From Patescibacteria group bacterium (lineage in GTDB: Bacteria > Patescibacteriota > UBA1384 > XYA2-FULL-43-10 > 1-14-0-10-43-13): 64,000 nt of DNA. A program made the translations under genes and the position numbers. Of the stretch, positions 36,863 through 47,080 are shown piece after piece. Under the pieces are notes generated by a model. The model searched no databases. It saw only the letters and a program-made list of their open reading frames with translations, and was not told where the DNA came from. Numbering within the stretch: position 1 is the stretch's first letter; the number at the start of each line of letters is the position of its first letter. The stretch spans positions 85,561 through 149,560 of the forward strand of contig JBAZBD010000001.1 in NCBI GenBank assembly GCA_041671645.1. Reading direction: 5' to 3'.

Positions 36863-37747
36863 ATGAAACAATTCTTTTTCGTTCTTCTCTATCAACCGCT
36901 CTACAATTTACTTATCTTCTTGGCTTGGTTGGTGCCGGGACACTCTATCGGTTGGTCAATTATCGTCTTGACCATCCTGATCCGGCTTGCCCTTCTCCCC
37001 TCCTCGCTCAAAGCGGCTCATTTTCAGGCCAAAAACAACAAGCTTCAGCCTCATGTCAACAAAATTCGCAAGGAGATTACCGACAAACAGGAGCAGACCA
37101 AAGCGATCATGGAGCTTTACAAAACTGAGGGTCATTCCCCTCTCGGCTCCTGCCTACAATCGCTGATCCAACTGCCGGTCTTGATCGTGCTCTACAATGT
37201 ATTTCGTAGCGGGTTGAACGAAACAGGATTCAAAGACCTATACTCTTTCACCCCTCATCCTGACACGGTTAACACTATGTTCTTCGGTATGAATATAGTT
37301 CACCCAGATCTTTGGGCGCTACCAATTATCGCTGCTGTGCTCCAATTTGGTTTGTCATACCTCATGATGCCAAAGAAAATCGAAGGCGCACCAGATGATC
37401 CAGCCGCCGCTATGAGCAAACAGATGCTTTTCTTGGGCCCGATTATCACCCTATTCTTCGGCCGAAGCATGCCAGCCGCCTTGGTAATTTACTGGATTGT
37501 AACGACTCTATTTAGTTTGGTTCTCCAATATTTCGTCAACAAGCAGATACATGCAACTCCGCTAGTTCGAGATGGCGGCAAGGCTTTGCCAGCTCCAAAA
37601 GTGGAAAAAGCAGAGAAGATAGAGCCCGTCAGAATCGAAAAGCCAAGCAAGAAAGAAATGCTTTATAATATCATGAACAAACGCCTCGACAAAAAAGAGA
37701 AGAAGTCGGGTGTCAATGTGACTGTGCGCACCAAGAAGAAATGGTAA
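36863..37747 (+). CDS. yidC: Membrane protein insertase YidC (short form)
   Basis: GWSIIVLTILIRLALLP, LQP, MELYK, GSCL..LIQLPVL and YW motifs. Confidence 0.93.
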   Translation: MKQFFFVLLYQPLYNLLIFLAWLVPGHSIGWSIIVLTILIRLALLPSSLKAAHFQAKNNKLQPHVNKIRKEITDKQEQTKAIMELYKTEGHSPLGSCLQSLIQLPVLIVLYNVFRSGLNETGFKDLYSFTPHPDTVNTMFFGMNIVHPDLWALPIIAAVLQFGLSYLMMPKKIEGAPDDPAAAMSKQMLFLGPIITLFFGRSMPAALVIYWIVTTLFSLVLQYFVNKQIHATPLVRDGGKALPAPKVEKAEKIEPVRIEKPSKKEMLYNIMNKRLDKKEKKSGVNVTVRTKKKW

Positions 37748-37751
37748 GGAT

Positions 37752-37805
37752 AGTCCAAAGTCTATAAAGTTTGTAAAGTCCATAAAGTCCATAAAGTCGA
37801 AAGCA
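37752..37805. repeat. 9-bp tandem array (CCATAAAGT-like x5) between yidC and tRNA-Ser
   Basis: gtccaaagt ctataaagt ttgtaaagt ccataaagt ccataaagt cgaaag. Confidence 0.8.
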
Positions 37806-37811
37806 AAGAAT

Positions 37812-37901
37812 GGAAGGTTGGCAGAGTGGTTTATCGCGCTGGTCTCGAACACCAGTTGGGCAGCAATGTCCTCAGAGGTTCAAATCCTCTACCTTCCGCC
37901 A
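37812..37901 (+). tRNA. tRNA-Ser(CGA)
   Basis: Cloverleaf with ctggt-ctCGAac-accag anticodon arm, long variable arm and GCCA end. Confidence 0.93.
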
Positions 37902-37920
37902 AACTTAATTAGAGATATAT

Positions 37921-38667
37921 ATGAAACATAGATCTCGTATATTACAGAAAGAACAAAAAACCCTCGAGGGTTTTTTTGGTAAGAAATTTGTCGATATTCC
38001 TGATTTGCCGTCCTGGGTGACGGACGAATTGATCGAGCACTGGGAGGAGAATCTATTCTTCGTCCACTATTTGCCGGATATCTCGCTCGAGCATCATCTC
38101 GAGTTGCCCGCTTGGAAAGACAGGCCAGCCAAAATCTTTTACCAAAAGATCAAAGAGGGCAAACTACATCCGAAGGCCAAGAGTTTGCCTGGCAAGTGGA
38201 TATTGCTCGATGGCCGCGACAAGCCCGAGCAGAAAGTTTTTTGGATCTCGGCGTTGGACGCCAAAGTAATTAAAAAGTTTGTGGCTGATCCCAGGGACCA
38301 TATCCGCAAATGGAGCAGCCAGAAGCACGGAAAAGAGTATTTGAAGGATGAGCTGGGGAAGCGGGGCTTTGGCTCTCGTTATTGTCTGACACCCTCTGAC
38401 ATTCATGAACTCAAGCCGTTTATTCTAAAGTTTCTTAAAATTGATCCGAAGCAAAAAATTCGCTTGCCATATTTCATCGAGTTCAATTACCTTGGCAACG
38501 CGGCATATCCGCAGTGGCGGAAGACCAAAACATGGGAGTGGTTTGAGGACAAAATGACCGATAATTGTCATCTGGCCAGCGGGAGCAAGAGCGTCGGTAT
38601 TATCGGCTGGGATCCGACTGATCACTGGAGCACAATCCTAGGCTTCAGGGTGGTGATCGAGCTATGA
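37921..38667 (+). CDS. Hypothetical Trp/Lys-rich protein
   Basis: 248-aa ORF overlapping the next start (ATGA); ends WEW...GFRVVI. Confidence 0.7.
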   Translation: MKHRSRILQKEQKTLEGFFGKKFVDIPDLPSWVTDELIEHWEENLFFVHYLPDISLEHHLELPAWKDRPAKIFYQKIKEGKLHPKAKSLPGKWILLDGRDKPEQKVFWISALDAKVIKKFVADPRDHIRKWSSQKHGKEYLKDELGKRGFGSRYCLTPSDIHELKPFILKFLKIDPKQKIRLPYFIEFNYLGNAAYPQWRKTKTWEWFEDKMTDNCHLASGSKSVGIIGWDPTDHWSTILGFRVVIEL

Positions 38668-39497
38668 ACGAGAAAACTACCAAATCTCTTCCGGTCTGGT
38701 TTTTCACCAATGAGAAACTTGGCCAATTTTTTGCAAAAAATGAACACAATCAACCGATCGAAAGAGTTTACGCAATTGGTGGAGCTGGCGATTTCGCCTT
38801 CTCGCTTCTGGCACAAGACGTACGAAACAAGATTAAAGAAATTGATCTTTGTGATATTAGACCGATGGCAAATGTGACAATTGATCTCAAAATCGCGCTA
38901 TTTAAGAATTATGATTTATCACAAATTAAAAGTTTGTTTTGGGGTCGAAGCGAAGATACGCTCGGCTCTATTTACGCTAAATTGAAGTCAACGCTTCCGC
39001 CTGCGGTGCTAAGTGCGGTCAAAAAAAGCGGGGCGGGGAAGTTTTCCGAAAGTTTGAAAAAATCAGGTTTGTGGTACAGGGAAAGTTGGCGAAAAGCCAA
39101 GGATGTTGAGGGCTATCTCCCCTATCTCTCCTCGGAATCGAACTATCGCCTGATGCAGAAAAATCTAGATAAAATTGTGATTCACGAGGGTGATTTTAAT
39201 GATAATCTTAAGTCTGCCGGCGATGGATATTACGACCTGATTTATTGCTCAAATATCTTGGATAGTGAGACGTACTGCAAATTTCCCGACCAGTATCTGC
39301 AAAATATCCAGGCAAAGCTAAAGGACGGCGGCATTTTATTTGTCCTTACTCAAAATAATCCGAAAAAGATGATCAAACTGATTGAAAAGCAGGGCATTCA
39401 TTCACTAAGATCGGAACTGCACAAATTCTCCCCTCTATCTCTCTTGTCCAATCATTATTCGTACTCAATTCTACTTTTTCAAAAAGCGGAAAGGTGA
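38664..39497 (+). CDS. SAM-dependent transferase-like protein (DUF3419/BtaA-like)
   Basis: FFTNE, AIGGAGDFAF, DLCD, LKIA and YDLIYCSNILD motifs. Confidence 0.6.
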   Translation: MNEKTTKSLPVWFFTNEKLGQFFAKNEHNQPIERVYAIGGAGDFAFSLLAQDVRNKIKEIDLCDIRPMANVTIDLKIALFKNYDLSQIKSLFWGRSEDTLGSIYAKLKSTLPPAVLSAVKKSGAGKFSESLKKSGLWYRESWRKAKDVEGYLPYLSSESNYRLMQKNLDKIVIHEGDFNDNLKSAGDGYYDLIYCSNILDSETYCKFPDQYLQNIQAKLKDGGILFVLTQNNPKKMIKLIEKQGIHSLRSELHKFSPLSLLSNHYSYSILLFQKAER

Positions 39498-39544
39498 GGT
39501 TGGAGATAAACCCCTTCTAGCTTCCCCTTGAAAAGGGGAAGAAC
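39492..39544 (-). repeat. ~53-bp TTCCCCTT-nn-AAGGGGAA element, copy 2
   Basis: Reverse complement aligns with 31285-31337. Confidence 0.8.
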
Positions 39545-39585
39545 TACTCTGTCCCTTGGACACTTCGTTGTTGTATAATGAATTT

Positions 39586-41235
39586 ATGGTTGATATCAAC
39601 AACACAATTAGCTTTCTGACGCGGGAGCAGGAGGAGAGGCACACCAAAGAAACCGCTGCTAAGCTCAAGCTTCCCTATATGAATCTGGTCAATTACCCGA
39701 TCGTCAAGGAGGTTTTGGAAGTCATCCCAGAGGAGGATGCGATTGCTTACCAAGTCGCGCCATTTCTGAAGGTGGGGCATCAGATTAGGATAGGGATGGT
39801 TGACCCAACAAATGAGAAATCTAAGGCATATTTGAGCAAAATCGCTGAGGAAAAGAATGTTTCTTTTGCCGTCAGTTTGGTCTCCAAGACCAGCTTCATC
39901 TTTGGTGTCTATGCTTACGAACAGATCAAAACCAAAGCGATCGAAACAAAAGCAGAAGAAGAAAAACGAAAAGAAGATAATTCTTTCTACAATATCAAAG
40001 ACATCAAGGGCGCGGCCGAGGCGGCCAAGACGGCTACGATCACTCGGCTCCTTGAGACGATCCTCTTTGGTGCGATCAATCTGGGCGCTTCTGATGTTCA
40101 CTTGGAGCCGGCTGAAAACAAGTTTTTAGTCAGACTCCGAATAGATGGTGTGCTTCAGGATCTAGTAGACTTACCCTTACAAAAATATAAGCAGCTGCTC
40201 CAACGTATTAAGTATGTGGCCAAGCTCCGAATGGATATTACGGACAAACCGCAGGATGGACACTTCTCACTGGCTAGCCCGGACAACAAAAGTCTTGATT
40301 TTCGTGTTTCTACTATGCCATCAGCTTCAGGCGAAGCAGTCGTGCTCCGTCTCCTTAACATGGAGGGAGATTTCTTGAAGCTCGAAAATATGGGCTTTCG
40401 CCCGGATGCGCTGGTGGCGATTCGAGAGGCAATAGGCCGCCCACATGGCATGGTCATCACTTCTGGCCCGACAGGATCGGGCAAGACCACAACTCTCTAC
40501 GCACTTCTTTTGGAGATCAAAAAGCCAGGGGTCAAAATAATTACATTGGAAGACCCAGTAGAGTTCAAGATGGAAGGGATCGAACAGAGCCAGATCAAGC
40601 CTGGACAGGGCTACGAATTTGCCGATGGCCTCAGGGGCTCGATGAGACAGGATCCAAACGTCTTGATGGTAGGAGAGATTCGAGACTTGGAAACGGCGGA
40701 AATCGCCATCCAGGCCGCTCTGACGGGGCATTTGATGCTCTCTACCATCCATGCCAACTCTGCGCCAGCCGTCTATGCCCGCTTCCTCGAGATGGGGGTC
40801 AAGCCTTTTCTTCTGACTGGCTCACTCAACATTATTATGGCTCAGCGCTTGGTTCGTCGAATTTGCAAAGATTGCGCCACTCAATATGAAGCTTCCGACA
40901 AAGACTGGAAAGCGATCGTGGATATCTTGTCTCCTATCGTCGAACGACTGGATCCCGCAATTGCGGTCAAACTTGAAAACGGCCAGAGGACACTTTTCCA
41001 GGCCAAAGGTTGCTCAGTTTGTAGTAGTACTGGCTATGTTGGGCGAGTGGCAGTAGTCGAATATATTGTGCCAAATGATACAATCGAAGGCCTTGTAACA
41101 TCAGGAGCTTCTATATCAATGTTCGACAAAGAAGCCCGCAAGGAGGGTATGATTACGATGGAGCAGGACGGCCTGATCAAAGCTCTTGCTGGTATTACAA
41201 CGCTAGATGAAGTCTGGCGCGTCACGCGCAGTTAA
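39586..41235 (+). CDS. GspE/PilB-family type IV pilus assembly ATPase
   Basis: ASDVHLEP, RIDGVL, PQDG, GPTGSGKTTTLY, TLEDPVE, RQDPN, GEIRD, AQRLVR with CxxC; ATG 6 nt after TATAAT. Confidence 0.94.
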   Translation: MVDINNTISFLTREQEERHTKETAAKLKLPYMNLVNYPIVKEVLEVIPEEDAIAYQVAPFLKVGHQIRIGMVDPTNEKSKAYLSKIAEEKNVSFAVSLVSKTSFIFGVYAYEQIKTKAIETKAEEEKRKEDNSFYNIKDIKGAAEAAKTATITRLLETILFGAINLGASDVHLEPAENKFLVRLRIDGVLQDLVDLPLQKYKQLLQRIKYVAKLRMDITDKPQDGHFSLASPDNKSLDFRVSTMPSASGEAVVLRLLNMEGDFLKLENMGFRPDALVAIREAIGRPHGMVITSGPTGSGKTTTLYALLLEIKKPGVKIITLEDPVEFKMEGIEQSQIKPGQGYEFADGLRGSMRQDPNVLMVGEIRDLETAEIAIQAALTGHLMLSTIHANSAPAVYARFLEMGVKPFLLTGSLNIIMAQRLVRRICKDCATQYEASDKDWKAIVDILSPIVERLDPAIAVKLENGQRTLFQAKGCSVCSSTGYVGRVAVVEYIVPNDTIEGLVTSGASISMFDKEARKEGMITMEQDGLIKALAGITTLDEVWRVTRS

Positions 41236-41258
41236 CTCTAAACAATTATCATCAATCG

Positions 41259-41289
41259 AAAAAACCGTCTCAGTTATAAGACGGTTTTT
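41259..41289. terminator. Bidirectional terminator
   Basis: aaaaaaccgtct-cagttata-agacggttttt between convergent genes. Confidence 0.8.
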
Positions 41290-41332
41290 GTATACACGCA
41301 TCCCAGAAACCTGTGTCGAACTCAATGAGGTA

Positions 41333-41653
41333 TTAACTTATCAGATTAACGACTGCAATTATCATAACATAAGATAATGCAATGATGATCAAGCCAATAA
41401 CAGCGTTCAGTATACCCTGCATGCCTTTCTTGGCTGACTCTGCATTTCCGCCAGCGGTCAAGTAAAGAAAGCCGCCGATGATCAGAAAGACGAATGCGAT
41501 AATAGCACCTATTCCTGCTGACCAATTAAGAATATTCACTGCTATCGATTGGAACCCAGTATCACCCGCAACCGGTTGAACGAATTTTAGAACAGGAAAA
41601 GTGTTCGCTGGTGCTGTTGGATCCGCTGCTAAAACTTTCTCGATTAGATTCAT
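41333..41653 (-). CDS. VirB2/TrbC-like pilin
   Basis: TM-GGFLYLTAGGNAESAKKG..I.NAVIGL-TM. Confidence 0.85.
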   Translation of the reverse strand: MNLIEKVLAADPTAPANTFPVLKFVQPVAGDTGFQSIAVNILNWSAGIGAIIAFVFLIIGGFLYLTAGGNAESAKKGMQGILNAVIGLIIIALSYVMIIAVVNLIS

Positions 41654-41717
41654 AAATCCTCCGTTAATTATTTTGTTTATTATATTTTAAAACTTTTGGG
41701 ACAACCTAGTCAATAGC

Positions 41718-42047
41718 CTATTTGCTCAGCAACCACAGAAGGGTAGTAAGAGTTATCCATGAAAGCGAAATCACAACCAGGCCAACTACAGAGTTGATGA
41801 TGCCCTTCACTGCCTTCTTGGCTGATTCTGCGTTTCCGGCGGCGGTCATGTATTGAAAGCCAGAGACAATGAATACCACGAATGCGATAAAAGCTGCTAC
41901 TTCGCAGGTTATAGTGAAGACCGTGTTTATTTGGGTCGTAATGATGCTCAAATAGCTACCCCCCACTTCCGCGTCAGACCTGACAGGGTTGTCCAGCTTT
42001 AGCGGGTTAAGATCGATAGCCAATACCTTTTCGATAATCGTATTCAT
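41718..42047 (-). CDS. VirB2/TrbC-like pilin
   Basis: SGFQYMTAAGNAESAKKAVKGIINSVVGL. Confidence 0.85.
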   Translation of the reverse strand: MNTIIEKVLAIDLNPLKLDNPVRSDAEVGGSYLSIITTQINTVFTITCEVAAFIAFVVFIVSGFQYMTAAGNAESAKKAVKGIINSVVGLVVISLSWITLTTLLWLLSK

Positions 42048-42049
42048 AG

Positions 42050-42388
42050 CTAAAACACTTTCTGCGCCAAGATTCGGATCAGACTAGCCAAGCCAACTAT
42101 CGCCAACCCTCCTATCGACCAGAGCAGGGTTTTCTTGGCCGTTTCGGCCTTGGCATCTTCTCCAAAGGACGTGACATATAGGAAACAGCCCCAAAGGAAC
42201 ATGGCGAACGCGACGATACCAGCAAAGGATATTGCCATCACTACGAACGAATTGGCTGCGCTATTGATAGTGTTGAGGTCTTTGTTTGTGTCAATCCCAT
42301 TGAAATCACAAAGGAAATCACTGAGGGTGGAAACACCATCTCCCTTTATTTCTGCACATTTTGTAGCGTCTATGATGGGGCTGGCCAT
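42050..42388 (-). CDS. VirB2/TrbC-like pilin
   Basis: GCFLYVTSFGEDAKAETAKKTLLWSIGGL. Confidence 0.82.
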   Translation of the reverse strand: MASPIIDATKCAEIKGDGVSTLSDFLCDFNGIDTNKDLNTINSAANSFVVMAISFAGIVAFAMFLWGCFLYVTSFGEDAKAETAKKTLLWSIGGLAIVGLASLIRILAQKVF

Positions 42389-44229
42389 TATTTAAATCTC
42401 TTTATTATATTTACTACAAACAATATTATCGTATACGACAGGGTTCCTGCAACAAGGCCAACAATTAGGTAGATCGCAGATTTCTTGGCTTGCTCTACCT
42501 TCTTGTCGTCCCCAGCGGCGGTCAAGAAGAGGAAGCCGGTAAAGAGGATACCGATCAGGGCGCCGGCGCCAATCAGTATCATCAGTATTCCTGGGTGGGT
42601 AGCGTCTTTGCCAAAGAGGCTGTTGTAAAGGTCGCCGATTTTGTGAATAGTGCCACCGACGAGTTTGCTGGAGTTGAGCACGATTTTCTTGCTGGTCCCG
42701 CCAGTAGTACCTCCAGTAGTACCTCCAGTTTCCTGCTTAACTGGCTGCTTGATCAAAGATTTTCCTGGTAGGCAATCATCTGGGCTTAAGTATACCCAAC
42801 CGACAGAGCGATCTGCGCTCCATGTTTCGCCGATTGTGGAACTGTTTGCTGTAACGGTTACTACCCCGTAGTGGGCTCCGTTGTTGGGATCAGCCTCGGC
42901 CTGGCTTATTCCTGTCTTTCGCTTGAGGAGTTTGACAGTAGCTTCGTGGTAATAAGGCTCAGAAGTGTTGGAAAAAGTGTGAGTGAACTCGGGATTGAAG
43001 GTGTAGGAGTTGTAATTATCAAGTGTTTGGAAATCGCAGATCCAGTTTTGGCCTTCCCCTGAGCATGCCGCTCCTGAGTCGTCGAGATGGCTCCTCAAAG
43101 TGGGATTGTCTCCAGGAGTGATGGAGTAGCCCTTGTAGCTGATGTACATCTTGACAATATATTCTGAAGGATCCTTCGGTTTTTCTGGTAGAGTGACGTT
43201 GACGTTGACGGTAAGATCCCTGTTGGTGGCACGAATCATACAGGCGTTGTAGACTTCTCTTCCGTTGAACCTGACGTCCAGTCTCGGCTGGCTTATGTTC
43301 GGAGCGTACTCTTCCCCCGCGTTTGTGAGAGTGTAATAGGCTGGCGGAGAGTCCCATCTAGTACCATTGCCATCTAGGAAATAACCCTTAATGGCGTATG
43401 CCCCCGTTGCCAATCCGCTGAGATCTGACCAGCTAGCGGTGCATGATCCCCTGATGGTGTCGCTGGTTGTGTCATCAACATTACGATTGGTATAGAGCCA
43501 GGAAAATTCTGAGTCATCGGCGTTGCCATCTGTTCCTGGCTCGTCTGATCTCATAATTACGCAATCTGTCAGAACGGGAACGATTGAAGTCGATGTGAGG
43601 GACAAGGGCATGTCGATATTTACTGATGATGTTGTTGCTATGTCGATTGTCTGGTTCGACGGTAGATAGGCAGAACCGAGCGCATCTTGCGAAATCGGAT
43701 CTTCTGGTGGAAAATCTGGGGTGTCGGCGACACAATAGTAGGTGTCATCGGGATAATTATCGCAATAATTAGCGTCATAGGGGTTTATTACTGTTACCCA
43801 GTTCGAATCTCGTGATACTGGTACAGGATTACCCTCCTGGTATAACTCGGCTGTAAACTGGTATTGGTTGTCGGGGGTAAATTCGTCTGTGGTCCATGAT
43901 CCAGAGCAATATTGGTTGCTGTCTGTGACATCCACGTATATCGACCACTCATCGGTGACGTCTAGACCAAACTGTGTCCCGTTTTCAACATAGATGTAGC
44001 ACTCGTAATTTGGATCAGATAGCTCACCATCGGGTAAATTAAAATCCGTCCAAAAATCCACAGTTTCTCCAGCGTATATCTCCTGCGGGTCGCCGTAGAC
44101 TAATATCGTCGGTTGATCCTCTGCTCTCGCTGGAGTCACGAAATAAGCTGATCCTAGGAATAGGAGACAGGTGATGAAAACAATTCTAATAATTTTTCGA
44201 GAAATTTTCATCAAGATTTGGCTGGACAA
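42388..44229 (-). CDS. Large secreted beta-rich, Cys/Asp-rich protein fused to a C-terminal VirB2/TrbC-like pilin domain
   Basis: Signal peptide ending ARA; C-terminal TGFLFLTAAGDDKKVEQAKKSAIYLIVGL. Confidence 0.8.
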   Translation of the reverse strand: MSSQILMKISRKIIRIVFITCLLFLGSAYFVTPARAEDQPTILVYGDPQEIYAGETVDFWTDFNLPDGELSDPNYECYIYVENGTQFGLDVTDEWSIYVDVTDSNQYCSGSWTTDEFTPDNQYQFTAELYQEGNPVPVSRDSNWVTVINPYDANYCDNYPDDTYYCVADTPDFPPEDPISQDALGSAYLPSNQTIDIATTSSVNIDMPLSLTSTSIVPVLTDCVIMRSDEPGTDGNADDSEFSWLYTNRNVDDTTSDTIRGSCTASWSDLSGLATGAYAIKGYFLDGNGTRWDSPPAYYTLTNAGEEYAPNISQPRLDVRFNGREVYNACMIRATNRDLTVNVNVTLPEKPKDPSEYIVKMYISYKGYSITPGDNPTLRSHLDDSGAACSGEGQNWICDFQTLDNYNSYTFNPEFTHTFSNTSEPYYHEATVKLLKRKTGISQAEADPNNGAHYGVVTVTANSSTIGETWSADRSVGWVYLSPDDCLPGKSLIKQPVKQETGGTTGGTTGGTSKKIVLNSSKLVGGTIHKIGDLYNSLFGKDATHPGILMILIGAGALIGILFTGFLFLTAAGDDKKVEQAKKSAIYLIVGLVAGTLSYTIILFVVNIIKRFK

Positions 44230-44240
44230 GCTATTATTTT

Positions 44241-44570
44241 TTACGAAATATTGAATGTGGGCATGCCTAGGAAATCGAGGATCATGCCAAGGGTCAAAAG
44301 CAGGACGTATCCAAGGAGCGTGCCCATGAAGACGTCTTTGGCGGTGTTGATCTTGGTATTATCTCCCTGGGAGGTCATATATACGAAGCCGGCGTAGATA
44401 ATCATGAGGACCGTGAGAGTGCCACCGAGCTTGAGGGCAAATTGATAAATAGCATGGACGTATTCGCCATAGTCAAAATTATCCTTCCCATCTATCTTGA
44501 GACCGACTTGCACTCCGGCTTGGGCAGCATTCACCAAATGAAAACCAATTTTTTCTATCACATTTACCAT
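44241..44570 (-). CDS. VirB2/TrbC-like pilin
   Basis: YAGFVYMTSQGDNTKINTAKDVFMGTLLG. Confidence 0.82.
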   Translation of the reverse strand: MVNVIEKIGFHLVNAAQAGVQVGLKIDGKDNFDYGEYVHAIYQFALKLGGTLTVLMIIYAGFVYMTSQGDNTKINTAKDVFMGTLLGYVLLLTLGMILDFLGMPTFNIS

Positions 44571-45934
44571 GTTTCTTTCCTGAGTAAGACAGTGATATTG
44601 TCAGCGGCTTGGTTGAGAGCGGCCTGGGCTGTTAGTGTTCCCTTGTTCACCGCCCTGATGGCGTTGCGCATATTGGCGTCGAAATCCCCAGGGTAGCGAC
44701 CCTTTTGAAATGCTTTGGCTGTCGCGAGCTCTAATTTCTCAGGATTATTCCCAGTTCTGTTCTCTATGCCTATTTCGTATGAATCGTACTTGTAGGAGCC
44801 ATAAAGTCTTGAGGCGGATGTAATATTACTAGAATATGTCGTAGCTAGGCCATGTACTACATTCCAAGCTATGGCTGAGTTGGGGGTGATAGCGCTGACA
44901 CCAAATGCGTTGAATCTAGCATAGTCAATAATCTTATCTGGTTCAGTGTTAACCTGTGGCACATAGGTAGTAGCATAATCTTTAAAGGTAGGATATTTCT
45001 GGGCGAACACATTGAGTAGTCGATCATAACCGAAGAGGATGGCAACTTTGCCGTTAACGAAGGCTTCGACATCATTGCCCATCGATTCATTCCAGGTATA
45101 GTTGGCACCCTTGGGATTGGCAAATGAAGTGTAGAATTCGAGTGCCCTCTTGCCAGGGACTTCTTCGGTGCCGACTGGAGTACTGCTCGGTAGGCTGAAC
45201 ATGGCCAATTTGAGATCGTCAGAGAGGATCTTGGTCTCGTTTTGGAGCATGAGAAGATAGAGAATATCCTGTGGATAGGAAACATTGTCAGAGCCAATGG
45301 CCGCTCCCGCTATGCTAATATTGTCGCCATCTCGCTTGGTCAAGTATGGCATTGCTTCGGCAAAATTTGTCCAGGTATTGGGGACGGGGTCGAACATCTT
45401 CGAGATTCTCTCATATGTGACACCACTGACAGTGCTTTTCTCAAGATCAGACAGTGCTTGTCGGATCAGGCTGGGATTGTAGTACACAATCATCGGCTCT
45501 GCTGAAGCAGATAGGGCGTAAATATTATTATCAATCTGGACACTTTGTTTGATCGATTGAACATAGCCCTCATCCATATTGACCTTGCTGGTGATAGCGG
45601 TAGGAGCAGGGACCAGTTTATCCTTGTGGCGGTAGACCCAATCATTCGGCATAGACCAGACATCGGGGCCGGTACCGGAAAGCTGAGAGTTTAGGACCTT
45701 GTTCTCATAGGCGGCGTCGAGGGTCTGTTGGACGTACTCCATAGTGTAGCCCTTGTTGGTCGACTCGAAGTCCTTGACGATTGGTTTCCAGACGTCGGGA
45801 TCCTCAAAGCTCCAGACTATGACCTTGGTGGCTCGTGCGTCTGTGGTGCTGGTTTTCTTGGTACAGCCCGACAGCGCCACAGTAAAAAAGGCCATCATCA
45901 CTGCATAGCTGGCGAATTTAAGAAATCGTTTCAT
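44564..45934 (-). CDS. Extracellular solute-binding lipoprotein (sugar-binding family 1-like)
   Basis: LSGC lipobox, VIVWS, GPDVW, YYNP, PNTW.NF and FVNGKVAI motifs. Confidence 0.85.
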   Translation of the reverse strand: MKRFLKFASYAVMMAFFTVALSGCTKKTSTTDARATKVIVWSFEDPDVWKPIVKDFESTNKGYTMEYVQQTLDAAYENKVLNSQLSGTGPDVWSMPNDWVYRHKDKLVPAPTAITSKVNMDEGYVQSIKQSVQIDNNIYALSASAEPMIVYYNPSLIRQALSDLEKSTVSGVTYERISKMFDPVPNTWTNFAEAMPYLTKRDGDNISIAGAAIGSDNVSYPQDILYLLMLQNETKILSDDLKLAMFSLPSSTPVGTEEVPGKRALEFYTSFANPKGANYTWNESMGNDVEAFVNGKVAILFGYDRLLNVFAQKYPTFKDYATTYVPQVNTEPDKIIDYARFNAFGVSAITPNSAIAWNVVHGLATTYSSNITSASRLYGSYKYDSYEIGIENRTGNNPEKLELATAKAFQKGRYPGDFDANMRNAIRAVNKGTLTAQAALNQAADNITVLLRKETW

Positions 45935-45963
45935 ATATACCCTCCACTTCGTCGGAGACGAAG

Positions 45964-46078
45964 CAATTATCAATTATCAAATATCAATAATCAAATATTA
46001 ATTGTTCACTTGTAAACCTGAAAAATTAAATGCCCTGAAAGGGTCCCTTTGGGAATCATTGACCATTGATACTTGATA
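45964..46078. repeat. Heptamer inverted arms (CAATTAT-like / CATTGAT-like) with a 22-nt double-hairpin insert at 46033-46054
   Basis: caattat caattat caaatat caataat caaatat ... atcattg accattg atacttg. Confidence 0.8.
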
Positions 46079-46082
46079 TTTT

Positions 46083-46970
46083 TTACAGTTTTCCGGCGAT
46101 CTCTTTGATAAACTGCGAAAAATCACCGTTTATGTCCGGCCTCTTCAGCGCCATCTCAACATTTGTTTTCAGATATTGAGTGACATTACCACAATCATAA
46201 TATTTTCCACCCTTTATTTCAACAGAGTAGGCATCGTTCCCCCGCTCTCTCAACTTGTTGACGCCGTCGATGTAGACCAATTCCCCACCCGGTTTGACTT
46301 CACGGCCCGCTTCTTCGAGAGCGTCAAAAATTTCTGGTGGGAAGACATAGCCGCCAAGGCTGGCATAGTCGGATGGTTTGTTGTCGTCGCCTGGTTTCTC
46401 AATCAACTCTTCGATCTTCATAATCCCGTCTTCTACCGTATGACCCTTGGTGAAGCCGTATTTCTTACCATCTCCTGGGCTGTTCATGATGAGTGAGGCA
46501 ATAATGGTGCTTTGGTATTTGTTGTAAGCCTCGACAAGCTGCTTGGTCTTGAGTGGGTCAGAGACGAGGAGCTCGTCACCCCAACAGACGACAAAAGGTT
46601 CGTCGCCAACAACATTCTTGGCGGTCAAAATGGCGTCGCCATTCCCCTTTTGCTCCTTTTGTCTGACAAAGACAAACTCTGCCATCTTGGAAAGATTTTT
46701 GATCTGCTCAAGTTGCTCCATCTTGCCCGATTCGGCAAGCTTGTTCTCAAGCTCTAGGTGGCGATCGAAATGGTCCTCTATCGCCCGTTTGTGCCAGCCG
46801 GTGACTAAGATAATTTGTTCAATTCCAGAAGCGACCAATTCCTCAACCACATATTGGATCACTGGCTTGTCTACAATCGGTAACATCTCTTTGGGCATCG
46901 CCTTGGTCCATGGCAAAAATCTTGTGCCATAGCCAGCGGCAGGAATAACAGCTTTTCTGACAGGTTTCAT
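46083..46970 (-). CDS. galU: UTP-glucose-1-phosphate uridylyltransferase
   Basis: KAVIPAAGYGTRFLP.TKAMPKEMLPIVDKP, IEKP and YDCG motifs. Confidence 0.94.
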   Translation of the reverse strand: MKPVRKAVIPAAGYGTRFLPWTKAMPKEMLPIVDKPVIQYVVEELVASGIEQIILVTGWHKRAIEDHFDRHLELENKLAESGKMEQLEQIKNLSKMAEFVFVRQKEQKGNGDAILTAKNVVGDEPFVVCWGDELLVSDPLKTKQLVEAYNKYQSTIIASLIMNSPGDGKKYGFTKGHTVEDGIMKIEELIEKPGDDNKPSDYASLGGYVFPPEIFDALEEAGREVKPGGELVYIDGVNKLRERGNDAYSVEIKGGKYYDCGNVTQYLKTNVEMALKRPDINGDFSQFIKEIAGKL

Positions 46971-47080
46971 AACGCTCCTTAAAATTACTAATCCCCCGCT
47001 CTCATATTAACACTGATTATATCAAACAAAAAAGCACTTAGAAAGTGCTCAACTGCAAACCGTGTCGATATCGGTAAACC

